Shown: positions 28,201 to 37,558 of the stretch, one piece after another
How positions within the stretch are numbered: position 1 is the first letter of the stretch
Layout of the letters: the number at the start of each line of letters is the position of its first letter
Virus record (IMG/VR): IMGVR_UViG_3300028837_000518
Location: 32,001 to 96,000 of that record
Strand: one strand, 5' to 3'
Length of the DNA stretch: 64,000 nucleotides
Source of the DNA: a virus
The notes under the pieces: generated by a model
Seen by the model: only the letters and a program-made list of their open reading frames with translations
The model's database searches: none
What the model was told of the DNA's origin: nothing
Made by a program: the position numbers and the translations under genes

Positions 28201-28342
28201 AGAATGGTGCGGCGTGGAGGACACGCTAGGTTGGGGTTATCTGACTAGGCACTAGTAGGTACTGGAGTTCTAGAGTGACAGCCGAATAGCTAATAGTCCC
28301 TGGTTTAAGGTCAGAAGCGGGTTCAAATCCCGCCACCATTCT
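28201..28342 (+). ncRNA. tRNA-like RNA with about 90 nt in place of the anticodon arm
   Basis: AGAAUGGUG/CACCAUUCU, D-like GCGU GGAGGAC ACGC, T arm GCGGG UUCAAAU CCCGC. Confidence 0.6.
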
Positions 28343-28374
28343 TGGACGGTGCGGCATAGTGCGATGAAAGGAGA

Positions 28375-28935
28375 GTGAATATGCAAACTGACAAGAACAA
28401 CAAAGATTGTCCAGCCACACTCGGAGAGTATCGGCGTCTTTGCATAGCCTTATCACCATATCGCGAGAATTGTGAGGCAGTCGCCCTTCTCGACCGCAAG
28501 ATTGCAAATTCCCCAATCGGTGCTGACGACTTAGTGATAGCGCCAGACAGTCAGATGAGAATACTGCTTATGCCTATGTTGACACGCGAGCATTGCTCAC
28601 AGCCTACCGAGACTTCGGCGTCAGAGGTAGGTTCTTGTCCCAAGTGCGGATACAAGGGCCTAACTAAAAAAGGGGGAGTTCTTACGCAACGGCTGGGAGA
28701 ATTTGGTGACGGACGAATAAAGCAGTGCCCCACTTGCGACGCTTGGCTCTTCATTGGTCCAAGTGGTACTGTAGAAGAGAGCAATGCCGGAGTATGTATT
28801 GGCGGTATGTTACGTGGCGAGCAAGCACTGTACTCGTTAGATAGCGGGCTAAACCGAGTTGATGCTCACATTGAGGAACTTAGCACTAATCGTGATGTTG
28901 TCAGACGGGAGATAGAAAGGCGTGGCATAGCATAA
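28375..28935 (+). CDS. hypothetical zinc-ribbon protein
   Basis: CPKCG, CPTCD. Confidence 0.6.
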   Translation: MNMQTDKNNKDCPATLGEYRRLCIALSPYRENCEAVALLDRKIANSPIGADDLVIAPDSQMRILLMPMLTREHCSQPTETSASEVGSCPKCGYKGLTKKGGVLTQRLGEFGDGRIKQCPTCDAWLFIGPSGTVEESNAGVCIGGMLRGEQALYSLDSGLNRVDAHIEELSTNRDVVRREIERRGIA

Positions 28936-29234
28936 TGCACAAGAAACCTCGTCGCTGGGCGGTTCGTACAGTTAAGAATGGACGAGTTCTAATCTTCGGC
29001 TACTGGTATAGGCCATCCAATACTCATCTAAAGTATGATGGTAGGTTTGAAAACTGGCGACTAATCTTTGGTCTATACGCAAGGTATGATGAGGATGGCT
29101 GGTGTGGTTACGAACCTTTTGTCTACCTCTGGGGAACTGAACACCGGTTCCGTGAACGAAATCCTCATGCTGTAGACACTACCGCTGTAAATGGAACGCT
29201 ACCATGGAGTTTCTGGAGACGTGATGATAACTAA
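28935..29234 (+). CDS. hypothetical protein
   Basis: TAATG overlap. Confidence 0.55.
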   Translation: MHKKPRRWAVRTVKNGRVLIFGYWYRPSNTHLKYDGRFENWRLIFGLYARYDEDGWCGYEPFVYLWGTEHRFRERNPHAVDTTAVNGTLPWSFWRRDDN

Positions 29235-29637
29235 ACGTATCGGCTTTACTGGTACACGTCAAGGTATGACGGCACGGCAAAAGGCAGAACTTACACTCAT
29301 CTTGTCTGAGGTTGAAGGCGGCCACAGCGAGCACCAATTTATTCACGGCGACTGTATTGGTGCCGATGCGCGAGCACATAATATTGCCCTAGCATTAGGT
29401 TATCATATAGTGATATATCCCTGTACTATTCATAAGCAACGCGCTTACTGTCAGGATGCGGACAAAGTTCACCGCCCTCAAAACCCTCTTGCTCGGAATA
29501 GAGACATTGTAAATGCGGCACAACAACTTATAGCCGCTCCCGGCATGGTATATGAGGTTGTTCGCTCTGGAACATGGTACACGGTTCGGTACGCTCGGCG
29601 AGTTGGCGTGCCAATGACTATTCTAAAACCATGGTAA
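29224..29637 (+). CDS. SLOG-family (YspA/DprA-like) nucleotide-binding protein
   Basis: IGFTGTR, HGDCIGAD, ARNRDIV, SGTWYTVRYA. Confidence 0.75.
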   Translation: MITKRIGFTGTRQGMTARQKAELTLILSEVEGGHSEHQFIHGDCIGADARAHNIALALGYHIVIYPCTIHKQRAYCQDADKVHRPQNPLARNRDIVNAAQQLIAAPGMVYEVVRSGTWYTVRYARRVGVPMTILKPW

Positions 29638-29716
29638 CGTGTCATTTATAATTATAGTTGTGTTAATAGTTATAATAGTAGTTATCTTTCACGATGAAGA
29701 ACTCTAACTGTGCTAT

Positions 29717-29790
29717 ACGGCGGTAGCTTAACAGGCTAGAGCAACGATCTCCAAAATCGTAAGGTGTAGGTTCAACCCCTACCCGCCGTG
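29717..29790 (+). tRNA. tRNA-Trp(CCA)
   Basis: cloverleaf, ACGAT CT-CCA-AA ATCGT, G73. Confidence 0.9.
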
Positions 29791-29805
29791 TATAGGAGGA
29801 AAAGA

Positions 29806-29994
29806 ATGAGTCGCTTTATAGTTGCAGTATCGGATAATGATGTTGAGAACTTGCTAGACGAGTGTATAGAGCAAGATATAATTGGTGGGTCCAGGTTCGC
29901 GCAAATGACCTACGAGCAGGGTGTTGATGCGGCCTTGCGTTGGGTTATAGGGCTTGCTGATGAGCACCCTCTACACCCTCTATCAAACACGTAG
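29806..29994 (+). CDS. small hypothetical protein (paralog of 19474-19647)
   Basis: MTYEQGV motif. Confidence 0.6.
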   Translation: MSRFIVAVSDNDVENLLDECIEQDIIGGSRFAQMTYEQGVDAALRWVIGLADEHPLHPLSNT

Positions 29995-30000
29995 GTAGCA

Positions 30001-30151
30001 AGCTCGGGTAGCTGGTGCTACTGTAGCTCACTTTCTCAGTCGGCTTCATTAAAGTACGACGACTTAACGAGACACGGGGGGATGTGAGACCGTAAAATGG
30101 CACCAAGCGTCGTGAACAGGTGTCAAGCTGGTTCGATTCCGGCCCCGGGCT
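30001..30151 (+). ncRNA. tRNA-like RNA with an expanded 5' arm
   Basis: AGCUCGGG/CCCGGGCU, T arm GCUGG UUCGAUU CCGGC, nested stems UGGUGCUA/UGGCACCA, CUCAC/GUGAG, AGUCG/CGACU. Confidence 0.6.
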
Positions 30152-30172
30152 ATAGCATAAAGGAGGAGTGAT

Positions 30173-30580
30173 GTGGCAGAACTACTTATCAACACTGATG
30201 AGGTTAGTGCAGCATTTCTTGACTGTCTTTACAGTATGGAAGAAACAGGTAATTATATGCCGGCCGATGCTGTTGTCGTGAAGGGAATCTTAGGTAAATA
30301 TGGGTTTCATCCTGCTCGCTTAGAGGCGAATCGTGCGCGAGTTGCAGAATGGTTAGTTACTCTTCCCAATGCCTTTCGATCAAGTGCAAGCGATGGGTGG
30401 GGTTGGACTTTTCTAAAAGCCTGTTATCAAGAGAATGGTGTACAGTGGACGAGCTTTCACCGCCACATGGAGCAACTCTTTTGCCTCGGGCTTGGCCTCG
30501 GCCCAGTTCGCTCTACTATAGAACGCCGATACTGGCCTTATCTCGCCGGCGGAATGCCATACTATGTGATTAATCTATAA
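30173..30580 (+). CDS. hypothetical phage protein
   Basis: AGGAGG RBS; GGMPYY tail. Confidence 0.65.
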   Translation: MAELLINTDEVSAAFLDCLYSMEETGNYMPADAVVVKGILGKYGFHPARLEANRARVAEWLVTLPNAFRSSASDGWGWTFLKACYQENGVQWTSFHRHMEQLFCLGLGLGPVRSTIERRYWPYLAGGMPYYVINL

Positions 30581-30773
30581 TGATTAAGTTTATACGGTTT
30601 AGAACTACGCGACTATTTACCATCGGCGTCACCTGGTATAAGCGCGCAAACTATTGGGATAAAGGGAATCTAACTTTAGCCCTTGGGCACTTACGACTGG
30701 GTATTCAATATGGTCACACCTTTTTCCCCACTTTCCCTTGGGGGTTTGACCACTTTAGATAAGGAGATAGAGT

Positions 30774-31364
30774 GTGAAGGTTACGCTTCTTCATATTACT
30801 GCAAATGCTACAGAGTTAATTGAGGATGCCGGACGAACAGCATGGGCATCATCCGGCCGAAAATCCGAGGGAAGTGATAGTGTCTTTATAGGAAGGCTGA
30901 TACATCTGGGGCATCTTAGTGTTTTGGAACATGCAACAGCCACGTTTAGAATTGAGGATATCTCACGAGCATGTTCGCATCAAGTCGTCCGTCATAGACT
31001 TTGTTCATGCACTCAGCGTTCACAACGATATGTTAACGAGCAGTCATTTGAATATGTTATGCCCGCGAGTATAGCATCTCATCTGACGGCCTGTACTAGT
31101 TTTACACGGGCAATGAATTATGCGAGGATGATGTATCGCGAACTACGTCGTATGGGGATTCCCAAGGAGGACGCTCGATTTGTTTTACCAAATGCAACAC
31201 GTACTGAGATTGTAATAACTGCCAACCTTCGACAGTGGCGACACATGATTGAGCTACGAACCAGCAAACACGCACAGTGGGAGATTAGAGAAGTTATGAT
31301 GGCAGTGTTGCGGATACTAAAAGATGAAGTTCCTGCTGTCTTTCTTGACTTTGGAATAGTGTAG
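30774..31364 (+). CDS. thyX: flavin-dependent thymidylate synthase
   Basis: GHLSVLEH, SRACSHQVVRHR..TQRSQRY, EDARFVLPNA, AQWEIR. Confidence 0.95.
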   Translation: MKVTLLHITANATELIEDAGRTAWASSGRKSEGSDSVFIGRLIHLGHLSVLEHATATFRIEDISRACSHQVVRHRLCSCTQRSQRYVNEQSFEYVMPASIASHLTACTSFTRAMNYARMMYRELRRMGIPKEDARFVLPNATRTEIVITANLRQWRHMIELRTSKHAQWEIREVMMAVLRILKDEVPAVFLDFGIV

Positions 31365-31389
31365 CCATCGCGGGAGGATTTCTACCAAA

Positions 31390-31632
31390 ATGACAACAGT
31401 AATAACACGCAGAGAGCTTGAAGTGATAATGGCAGAATCAGATTCATACTCTATTGGGGAACGCGCTACTTGGATGGAATCTCTCATTCATACAGTATCA
31501 GTACTGTATGAACAGCTGAAAAAACTAGAGTGGTCTAGCCAGACAGGTTTCATATATTTTTGCCCTGTATGCAACCGCTTACCTTCCTCTGGACACAGTA
31601 AACATTGCGGACTAGGAAAGCTGCTGGCGTGA
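31390..31632 (+). CDS. hypothetical CxxC..H..C protein
   Basis: FCPVC..HSKHC. Confidence 0.5.
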   Translation: MTTVITRRELEVIMAESDSYSIGERATWMESLIHTVSVLYEQLKKLEWSSQTGFIYFCPVCNRLPSSGHSKHCGLGKLLA

Positions 31633-31971
31633 ATGGGTAGAACATTAAATACCTTTAAGGAATACCTGCAGTGCTGTCGTTGCGAGGAACGTGCAGGGGC
31701 GCACGCCAGAGCTTTGCGCGAGAACTCTTGGCGGACTGACCGAGCAGTAGAGTGGGTGTGCTATACAATACGAATACCACATCTCATCTCTATATGGGCA
31801 GAGAACGAATTGGATGCTCGTTATAGAGTTTTGCAACAGCTAATGGATGATGGCCGGTGGTGGGCATACTGGGTCTGTACGCGAAAAGGATATGGAGTGA
31901 GTAGAGTGGGTTGTCCTAAAGACAACATATGGCTACCTATAGATTGGTGTTATGTTTTTAGATCGGAGTAA
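31633..31971 (+). CDS. hypothetical protein
   Basis: packed ORF. Confidence 0.45.
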   Translation: MGRTLNTFKEYLQCCRCEERAGAHARALRENSWRTDRAVEWVCYTIRIPHLISIWAENELDARYRVLQQLMDDGRWWAYWVCTRKGYGVSRVGCPKDNIWLPIDWCYVFRSE

Positions 31972-32551
31972 AAAATAACGCGACTTCGCACAGCAGCACG
32001 GTTGATGCGTGAACTGAATAATAATAGTCATGGTGATACGTGGGAATGGGGCTATGCGCCAGTACCTTATTCACCTGTTCATTACATAGAACATTGTAAC
32101 CGTGATGGTATTTTCCTGGAAGTCTTTGAGTCGCCAGAGGAACATCCTGCGAAGTGTATAATGGATGCGTGGCAGAGTGTATTTGGTGGAAGAGCATGAC
32201 AGATCATCTTGTTGAGTTCCGTTGTACAGCTTGTGGCCGCATTCAGGAAGGGTATAATAATCTTCGTCTATGCCTCTATTGCAGCGGTGGTATACTTGTG
32301 CGCTGGCCATTATCAAAAGATACTTTGATACAGTGGTTTGGCGGTATAGCCATGATACGAAGTTGGTTAAGAGAAGCTGCCGGCGAAGAGTTAGTAAGAC
32401 GAAGTTTAAGAGACCGCATTACTGATATATTCCGACCATGGTTCATACGACAGCAAGGCCAGGTACTTTTCCCTAAGTGTGAACTGGATAATATTGTAAG
32501 TGACATCTTAATAATTATAGGGAGTGAAAATAACTAAAGGGAGAATGTCAA

Positions 32552-33220
32552 ATGAAATACCATAAGATAAAGACAGTGTATAAGCGAAACCCAGATGACA
32601 AGTACCGCACTCTTATCGAGGGCGTATATAGTACGGAGACGCTAGAGTATTTGGCCGACAACAGATGGGAATGGACAGAGAAAGTTGATGGAACAAACAT
32701 TCGAGTAGTGTGGGATGGAAAACTGGCGCGGTTTGCGGGACGAACAGATAAGGCGCAATTATACGCACCTCTCGTTAGTCGTTTACAGGATTTGTTTACA
32801 GCAGAGAAGTTAGGTATATTCGGTGCTGGCGATATACCTGCTGTCTTTCATCTCTTTGGCGAGGGATATGGGGCTAGAATACAGAATGGTGGCGGTAATT
32901 ACATTCCAGATGGCGTGGACTTTATACTCTTCGACGTGCTAGTTACACCTAGTCCAGGTGTACCGGGCACTGTCCTCTGGTTAAGTCGCTTTAACATTGA
33001 GAATATAGCAGAGAAGCTGGGCATTCAAGCTGTTCCTATAGTGGGGCGCGGCACACTATCAGAGGCTATAAATCTTGCACGAACAGGGTTTGAATCACTT
33101 ATTGCAGCCACATCAACCATAGCTGAAGGATTAGTAATGCGTCCAGCCGTAGAGTTAATTGATCGTCGCGGAGACAGGGTTATGTGCAAGATTAAGCACA
33201 AGGACTTTCCTGTGGAATGA
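32552..33220 (+). CDS. RNA ligase (Rnl2-like nucleotidyltransferase domain)
   Basis: motif I EKVDGTN, GEGYG, FDV, EGLV, KIK. Confidence 0.8.
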   Translation: MKYHKIKTVYKRNPDDKYRTLIEGVYSTETLEYLADNRWEWTEKVDGTNIRVVWDGKLARFAGRTDKAQLYAPLVSRLQDLFTAEKLGIFGAGDIPAVFHLFGEGYGARIQNGGGNYIPDGVDFILFDVLVTPSPGVPGTVLWLSRFNIENIAEKLGIQAVPIVGRGTLSEAINLARTGFESLIAATSTIAEGLVMRPAVELIDRRGDRVMCKIKHKDFPVE

Positions 33221-33990
33221 GCACAAGTCATAGAAACATTTTCTGCGAGGATTGCCTAGAGACTATGGAGCGACTAAGTGATGGTGAAGTTAATTGCATT
33301 GTTACTAGCCCTCCGTACTGGAACACTAAGCCCTATTCACATTGGCCAACTTATGCAGAGTACATGCAAGACGTAAGTTTATGGCTAAGTGGTTTGTTTC
33401 GTGTCCTTGAGCCTGGCCGTCACTGCTTCTGGGTTATCCCCGACAAACTACCCTATCCGCCTAAGGTGAGTGGGGTGAAGGAGCGACTATATCTTTCCAT
33501 CTATGCTGACACTGAACGTACTGCGGCTGAGGCTGGGTTCGTTTGCAAGTATCCTATTGTGTGGAAGAAGCCGCACGGAACACAAAAAATGTTCGGGTCA
33601 TATCCTTTCCCACCTACCGTAATCCATACTCCTATGACTGAGCGAATCTGTATATGGAGAAAACCAGGAAAGTATATTAGAAGGTCAGGGGAAGTCAAGG
33701 AATCAAGCCGTTTTACCAAGGAACAATGGGTAGCTTGGGCACAGGATGTATGGGAAATAAGGCCGACAAGTCGAAAAGATCATCCCGCTCCCTTTCCCGA
33801 GGAACTAGTGGTAAGGATTCTCACCCTATGGTCTTTTAGAGGAGATTTAATTTATGATCCCTTTATTGGTTCTGGTACTACTGCTGTAGTGGCAACTAGA
33901 ATGGGTCGCAAGTTTATCGGCAGTGATATTCACCAAGAGTATATTGACGCGGCGAAGAATAGGTTGACTTTTACACCTAACATGGTATAG
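33217..33990 (+). CDS. DNA N4-C/N6-A methyltransferase (beta class)
   Basis: TSPPY..HPAPFP..DPFIGSGTT. Confidence 0.92.
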   Translation: MSTSHRNIFCEDCLETMERLSDGEVNCIVTSPPYWNTKPYSHWPTYAEYMQDVSLWLSGLFRVLEPGRHCFWVIPDKLPYPPKVSGVKERLYLSIYADTERTAAEAGFVCKYPIVWKKPHGTQKMFGSYPFPPTVIHTPMTERICIWRKPGKYIRRSGEVKESSRFTKEQWVAWAQDVWEIRPTSRKDHPAPFPEELVVRILTLWSFRGDLIYDPFIGSGTTAVVATRMGRKFIGSDIHQEYIDAAKNRLTFTPNMV

Positions 33991-33996
33991 AGAAAT

Positions 33997-34389
33997 ATGA
34001 CTGACACAGAATATATCAAGCGCATGAAAGAGTGTGCTATTCGGGCATACATGAAGTCATGCAATATGCTTCTCGCCCAAGACCCAACGGGCGAAACTTT
34101 CTTGGCGAAACGCAGTAGGCTTTACAGACGAGAGCAAAACGCAATCAAACGGGGGGTTATGCCCTTTGTGGAATTGCAAGACAGTCGCACAAAGAGATGG
34201 AAAGTTTATTCTGTACTAGGAATGGATGCGACTATAGGTGTAGAAGCTCGCAAGAATCGGTGTGGGTACAATGATTGGGACGTTCGGCTTGCGGAAAAGC
34301 GGTTAGCTACAGGTTTTTCGGAAGGCCATTGGACGGGTGTAGCCGATGCCTTGATTGCCTACTGGAAATTTGTGTCCGACAACGCGTGA
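33997..34389 (+). CDS. hypothetical protein
   Basis: packed ORF. Confidence 0.55.
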   Translation: MTDTEYIKRMKECAIRAYMKSCNMLLAQDPTGETFLAKRSRLYRREQNAIKRGVMPFVELQDSRTKRWKVYSVLGMDATIGVEARKNRCGYNDWDVRLAEKRLATGFSEGHWTGVADALIAYWKFVSDNA

Positions 34390-34406
34390 AAGGTTGTCTT
34401 GTAACT

Positions 34407-34742
34407 ATGACTAATGATTGGACTAAAACAGAGTTAGAGAGATTAGTTGATATAGCAATACACAAGCTACATGTATGGATGAACCTACCTGCACAACATA
34501 CATACAAAACACCTATATCAATGATACACGGTATCGCCGCAACTGTAGCGCCTAAAGATGCCACAAAGATTCTACGCCTACTAACCAACAACATACAGTT
34601 GGTGTTTAAAGATACTGAATCATACGTACAGGGCAAATACTCTACAATATATACAATGGGAACTGCTCTACTTCGAGAACATATCTTTGAACTACTTTGG
34701 GCAGAGTACTTAAAGATAAGGGGGACAGAAATAATTGGCTAA
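34407..34742 (+). CDS. Ocr-like helical protein, paralog 2
   Basis: MIHGIAATVAP..ILRLL..REHIFELLWAEY. Confidence 0.45.
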   Translation: MTNDWTKTELERLVDIAIHKLHVWMNLPAQHTYKTPISMIHGIAATVAPKDATKILRLLTNNIQLVFKDTESYVQGKYSTIYTMGTALLREHIFELLWAEYLKIRGTEIIG

Positions 34743-35047
34743 TGCTAGATAAACTAATTGCTAACGCAAAAGAATCTCTGCATTTATGGATGAACAAACC
34801 GTTCGTAGAGCAAAGTAGGGATAACGCACGTCATAGCGCGATACGTCAGATTGCTATAGCAGCGGTAGGAAACAGTGATGTTCTGCATATTGTACTTAAT
34901 AACCCGCACTTAGCAACACGCAGTGCAGCAGAATACATACAACAATCAAGAATGCCAACAGTGTATAATCTAAGTCTTGTGGTGCTTCAAGAGTATATAG
35001 AACATTTACTTATGCAGGAGTATCGAATGAGTGGAGGAATACAATGA
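34742..35047 (+). CDS. Ocr-like helical protein, paralog 3
   Basis: AKESLHLW..AIRQIA..NPHLA..MPTV..QEYIEHLL. Confidence 0.45.
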   Translation: MLDKLIANAKESLHLWMNKPFVEQSRDNARHSAIRQIAIAAVGNSDVLHIVLNNPHLATRSAAEYIQQSRMPTVYNLSLVVLQEYIEHLLMQEYRMSGGIQ

Positions 35048-35216
35048 CAATGCAAGAAAATCTTGATAATCTTTCCTACCTATTGGATGATATTTGGGAC
35101 TCTGCCAAAGAGGCGCCTTCCAGTGCCCTAGAAGATACTCTGGATACCCTTAGTAATATCGTTGTTGATGCTGACCGAGCACGACGCATTCTCGTGCAGG
35201 TTCGTGAGGAAATGTC

Positions 35217-35528
35217 ATGAGTGAGAGCCTATCAGTTCTAATTGACGGTGCAAAGGCCGACCTACATACGTGGATGACACTACCCGCGCGATATACTCGT
35301 GGCTCCATTCCCTCGCAAGTAATACACGACATTGCTTGCGCCATAGTGCCGGAGGACAATGACAGGGTTCTACGAATGTTTCTTGGTAATATAGGACTGG
35401 CTTCTGAGTCTATACCATGCGCAGGCGATCCTTCAGTGCATGAGTTAGCAAAATTCGTACTTCAGCACTACATTGAGAAAATACTTTGGACAGAGTACGT
35501 AGACGTGGGTTCAGGAGGAACACCATGA
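35217..35528 (+). CDS. Ocr-like helical protein, paralog 4
   Basis: VIHDIACAIVP..QHYIEKILWTEY. Confidence 0.45.
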   Translation: MSESLSVLIDGAKADLHTWMTLPARYTRGSIPSQVIHDIACAIVPEDNDRVLRMFLGNIGLASESIPCAGDPSVHELAKFVLQHYIEKILWTEYVDVGSGGTP

Positions 35529-35619
35529 CCACTCTTCTTTTAGCCGCAGTCATCGCACTTGGTTTGGGGGCTATCGTTCTTGGAATTCGCCTATTGCAAA
35601 TATCAGGGAGGAATAGAAC

Positions 35620-35805
35620 ATGACTGACGCATTCATGGACGCTCCGAATTGGGCACAGTGGATTATAGTGGCTTTTGGGCTAATCGGCACTCTAGTTTCA
35701 GCTATCCCTGCGGATGGGTGGGAGTGGTGCATACTGCGGAATGCGACGGCTTTTGCATTGTTTGCTTTTGGTGCCTTACTTTTTTACAACATTTACTTGA
35801 GCTAG
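35620..35805 (+). CDS. small two-TM membrane protein
   Basis: GGAGG RBS, two hydrophobic helices. Confidence 0.55.
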   Translation: MTDAFMDAPNWAQWIIVAFGLIGTLVSAIPADGWEWCILRNATAFALFAFGALLFYNIYLS

Positions 35806-35997
35806 GTGGAGGGTATGATGGAAGATATAGGTGTGGCGTATTTAGCAGCGGTGATGTTTGCGGGGGTGGTTGCTAGTATAGCAATAATGGTCGATGAAAG
35901 ACGTGGCACTTTCTCTAGGTTTTTTGCTATCCTAACAACAATTGCTTGTTACGCGGGAATGTTCCGTTATCTACGCCAGTTCTTCAAGGGAGGGTGA
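35806..35997 (+). CDS. small two-TM membrane protein
   Basis: two hydrophobic helices. Confidence 0.55.
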   Translation: MEGMMEDIGVAYLAAVMFAGVVASIAIMVDERRGTFSRFFAILTTIACYAGMFRYLRQFFKGG

Positions 35998-35998
35998 G

Positions 35999-37558
35999 AT
36001 GAAGGTAGGGATAACCAATTTTGTTAAACTTGGCGCGCTAGTACGCGATGGTGTTACAGACTGGTTAGAGTACGGGAATGTGCGTGCCGTGTACCACGAG
36101 GGACTAGTTCTGTTTAACTATACAGCAAAAGCACAGTTCCAGAATCGCTGGAACTGGTTTGAGCGTGTGAGTCGCGGGCTAATTTTAGACGCAACCACTG
36201 GCAAGGTTATAGCTCGCCCCTTCGACAAGTTCTGGAACTGGGGTGCATTCGGGCGGACGACTGACGCGGACTTGATTGAGGTAACAGAGAAGCTAGATGG
36301 GTGTTTTACTGGCTATACAAAACTAAATCTATGGGGTGGTGGTACAATTCCTATTAGGGAAGTAGTAAAAAAGCAACTAGCAGTAACACTTATAGGGATA
36401 AATAAGAGTGGGCAAGTTGTTCCTGCAAAAGTTGTTGACTGGTTCAACAACGGTACAAAAACTGAGTGGCTTTTACTGACGGTAGATTGTGATGTCTCTA
36501 AGCTATCAGGAACTCGGACAGGGAACCATATTGTTGTTACACCTAATCACCATATACTCCTAAACGGACGATACCAACCAGTAGTTAATGCAAGACCAGG
36601 TGATTATGTTTTAAACTATGGATGGTGGCCAGATGATCGTCAGCAAGGCAAACTTATACGGCGAGTAAAAGAGGTGAAAGTTCTTGACATACAGCATCTT
36701 AAACATGATGGTTCACACTCACACTTTTCCGCTGGGCGTGTTGGTTTCGATGTAGAGACAACGACGGGAAATTATTTTGCTAAGGGTGTCTTAGTACATA
36801 ATTCGCTTGGCATTATGTACTGGCATGAAGGCAAGTACAAGATTGCCACACGCGGATCATTCACAAGCGAACAGGCGTTGTGGGCGACAGAGTATTTGAA
36901 TACGAACTATGATCTTAGTACTTGTGATTTTCCTGGCACATTGCTTTTTGAGATAATCTACCCAGAAAATCGTGTCGTGGTGGATTATGGTAGGCAGCAT
37001 GAAGACTTGGTGTTAATCGGAATACGGCTGCGTGAATCAGATTATGATGCCCTTTATCCTCATTTGGAATATTTTGCTCAGAAATACGGATTTACTTTGC
37101 CTCAGACCTATGAATTCTCTGACATAGCCAGCATTCTCGCCGCCCGCGAAGAGATTGTAGGCACTGAGCAAGAGGGCTGGGCACTACGGTTTGCTGATGG
37201 GCAACGATTTAAAGTGAAGGGAACGTCCTACCTAACACTACATCGTTTGGTTAGTCGTGCAACATATCCTGCTGTAGTTAAGGCTATGATGCGAGGCGAG
37301 TTGGACGAAACATTGCAAGATTTGCCCAGCGAGCTATCGGGCGAGATCGTAGAATGGCGGGACATAACTAATGAGAGAGTGGCGCACATAAAACGGTGCG
37401 TTGAGCTGAACTTTGCCATTGCGCCACAGGGAAGTCGGAAAGAGTTTGCTATATGGGCTAATACGGTTTTCCCAAGTCTCGCTCCATATCTATTCAGGCG
37501 GCTAGATGGGTGCGACTATACACAGTTGATCTATAAGAATATTCTAAAGGAGTGCTAG
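35999..37558 (+). CDS. T4 Rnl1-type RNA ligase containing an intein
   Basis: SRGLIL, RPFDKFWN, EKLDG|SLG, ATRGSF, FEIIYPENRVVVDY, EGW, KVK. Confidence 0.9.
   Translation: MKVGITNFVKLGALVRDGVTDWLEYGNVRAVYHEGLVLFNYTAKAQFQNRWNWFERVSRGLILDATTGKVIARPFDKFWNWGAFGRTTDADLIEVTEKLDGCFTGYTKLNLWGGGTIPIREVVKKQLAVTLIGINKSGQVVPAKVVDWFNNGTKTEWLLLTVDCDVSKLSGTRTGNHIVVTPNHHILLNGRYQPVVNARPGDYVLNYGWWPDDRQQGKLIRRVKEVKVLDIQHLKHDGSHSHFSAGRVGFDVETTTGNYFAKGVLVHNSLGIMYWHEGKYKIATRGSFTSEQALWATEYLNTNYDLSTCDFPGTLLFEIIYPENRVVVDYGRQHEDLVLIGIRLRESDYDALYPHLEYFAQKYGFTLPQTYEFSDIASILAAREEIVGTEQEGWALRFADGQRFKVKGTSYLTLHRLVSRATYPAVVKAMMRGELDETLQDLPSELSGEIVEWRDITNERVAHIKRCVELNFAIAPQGSRKEFAIWANTVFPSLAPYLFRRLDGCDYTQLIYKNILKEC
36302..36802 (+). 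mobile_element. mini-intein (167 aa) in the RNA ligase
   Basis: C1 (CFTGYT), block B VTPNH, terminal GVLVHN followed by Ser. Confidence 0.9.

Noticed and set aside
27151-30151. tmRNA (one- or two-piece) for the tRNA-like elements
   Set aside because: No Ala-type GGGG..CCA acceptor end, no tag reading frame, and the elements are too short.
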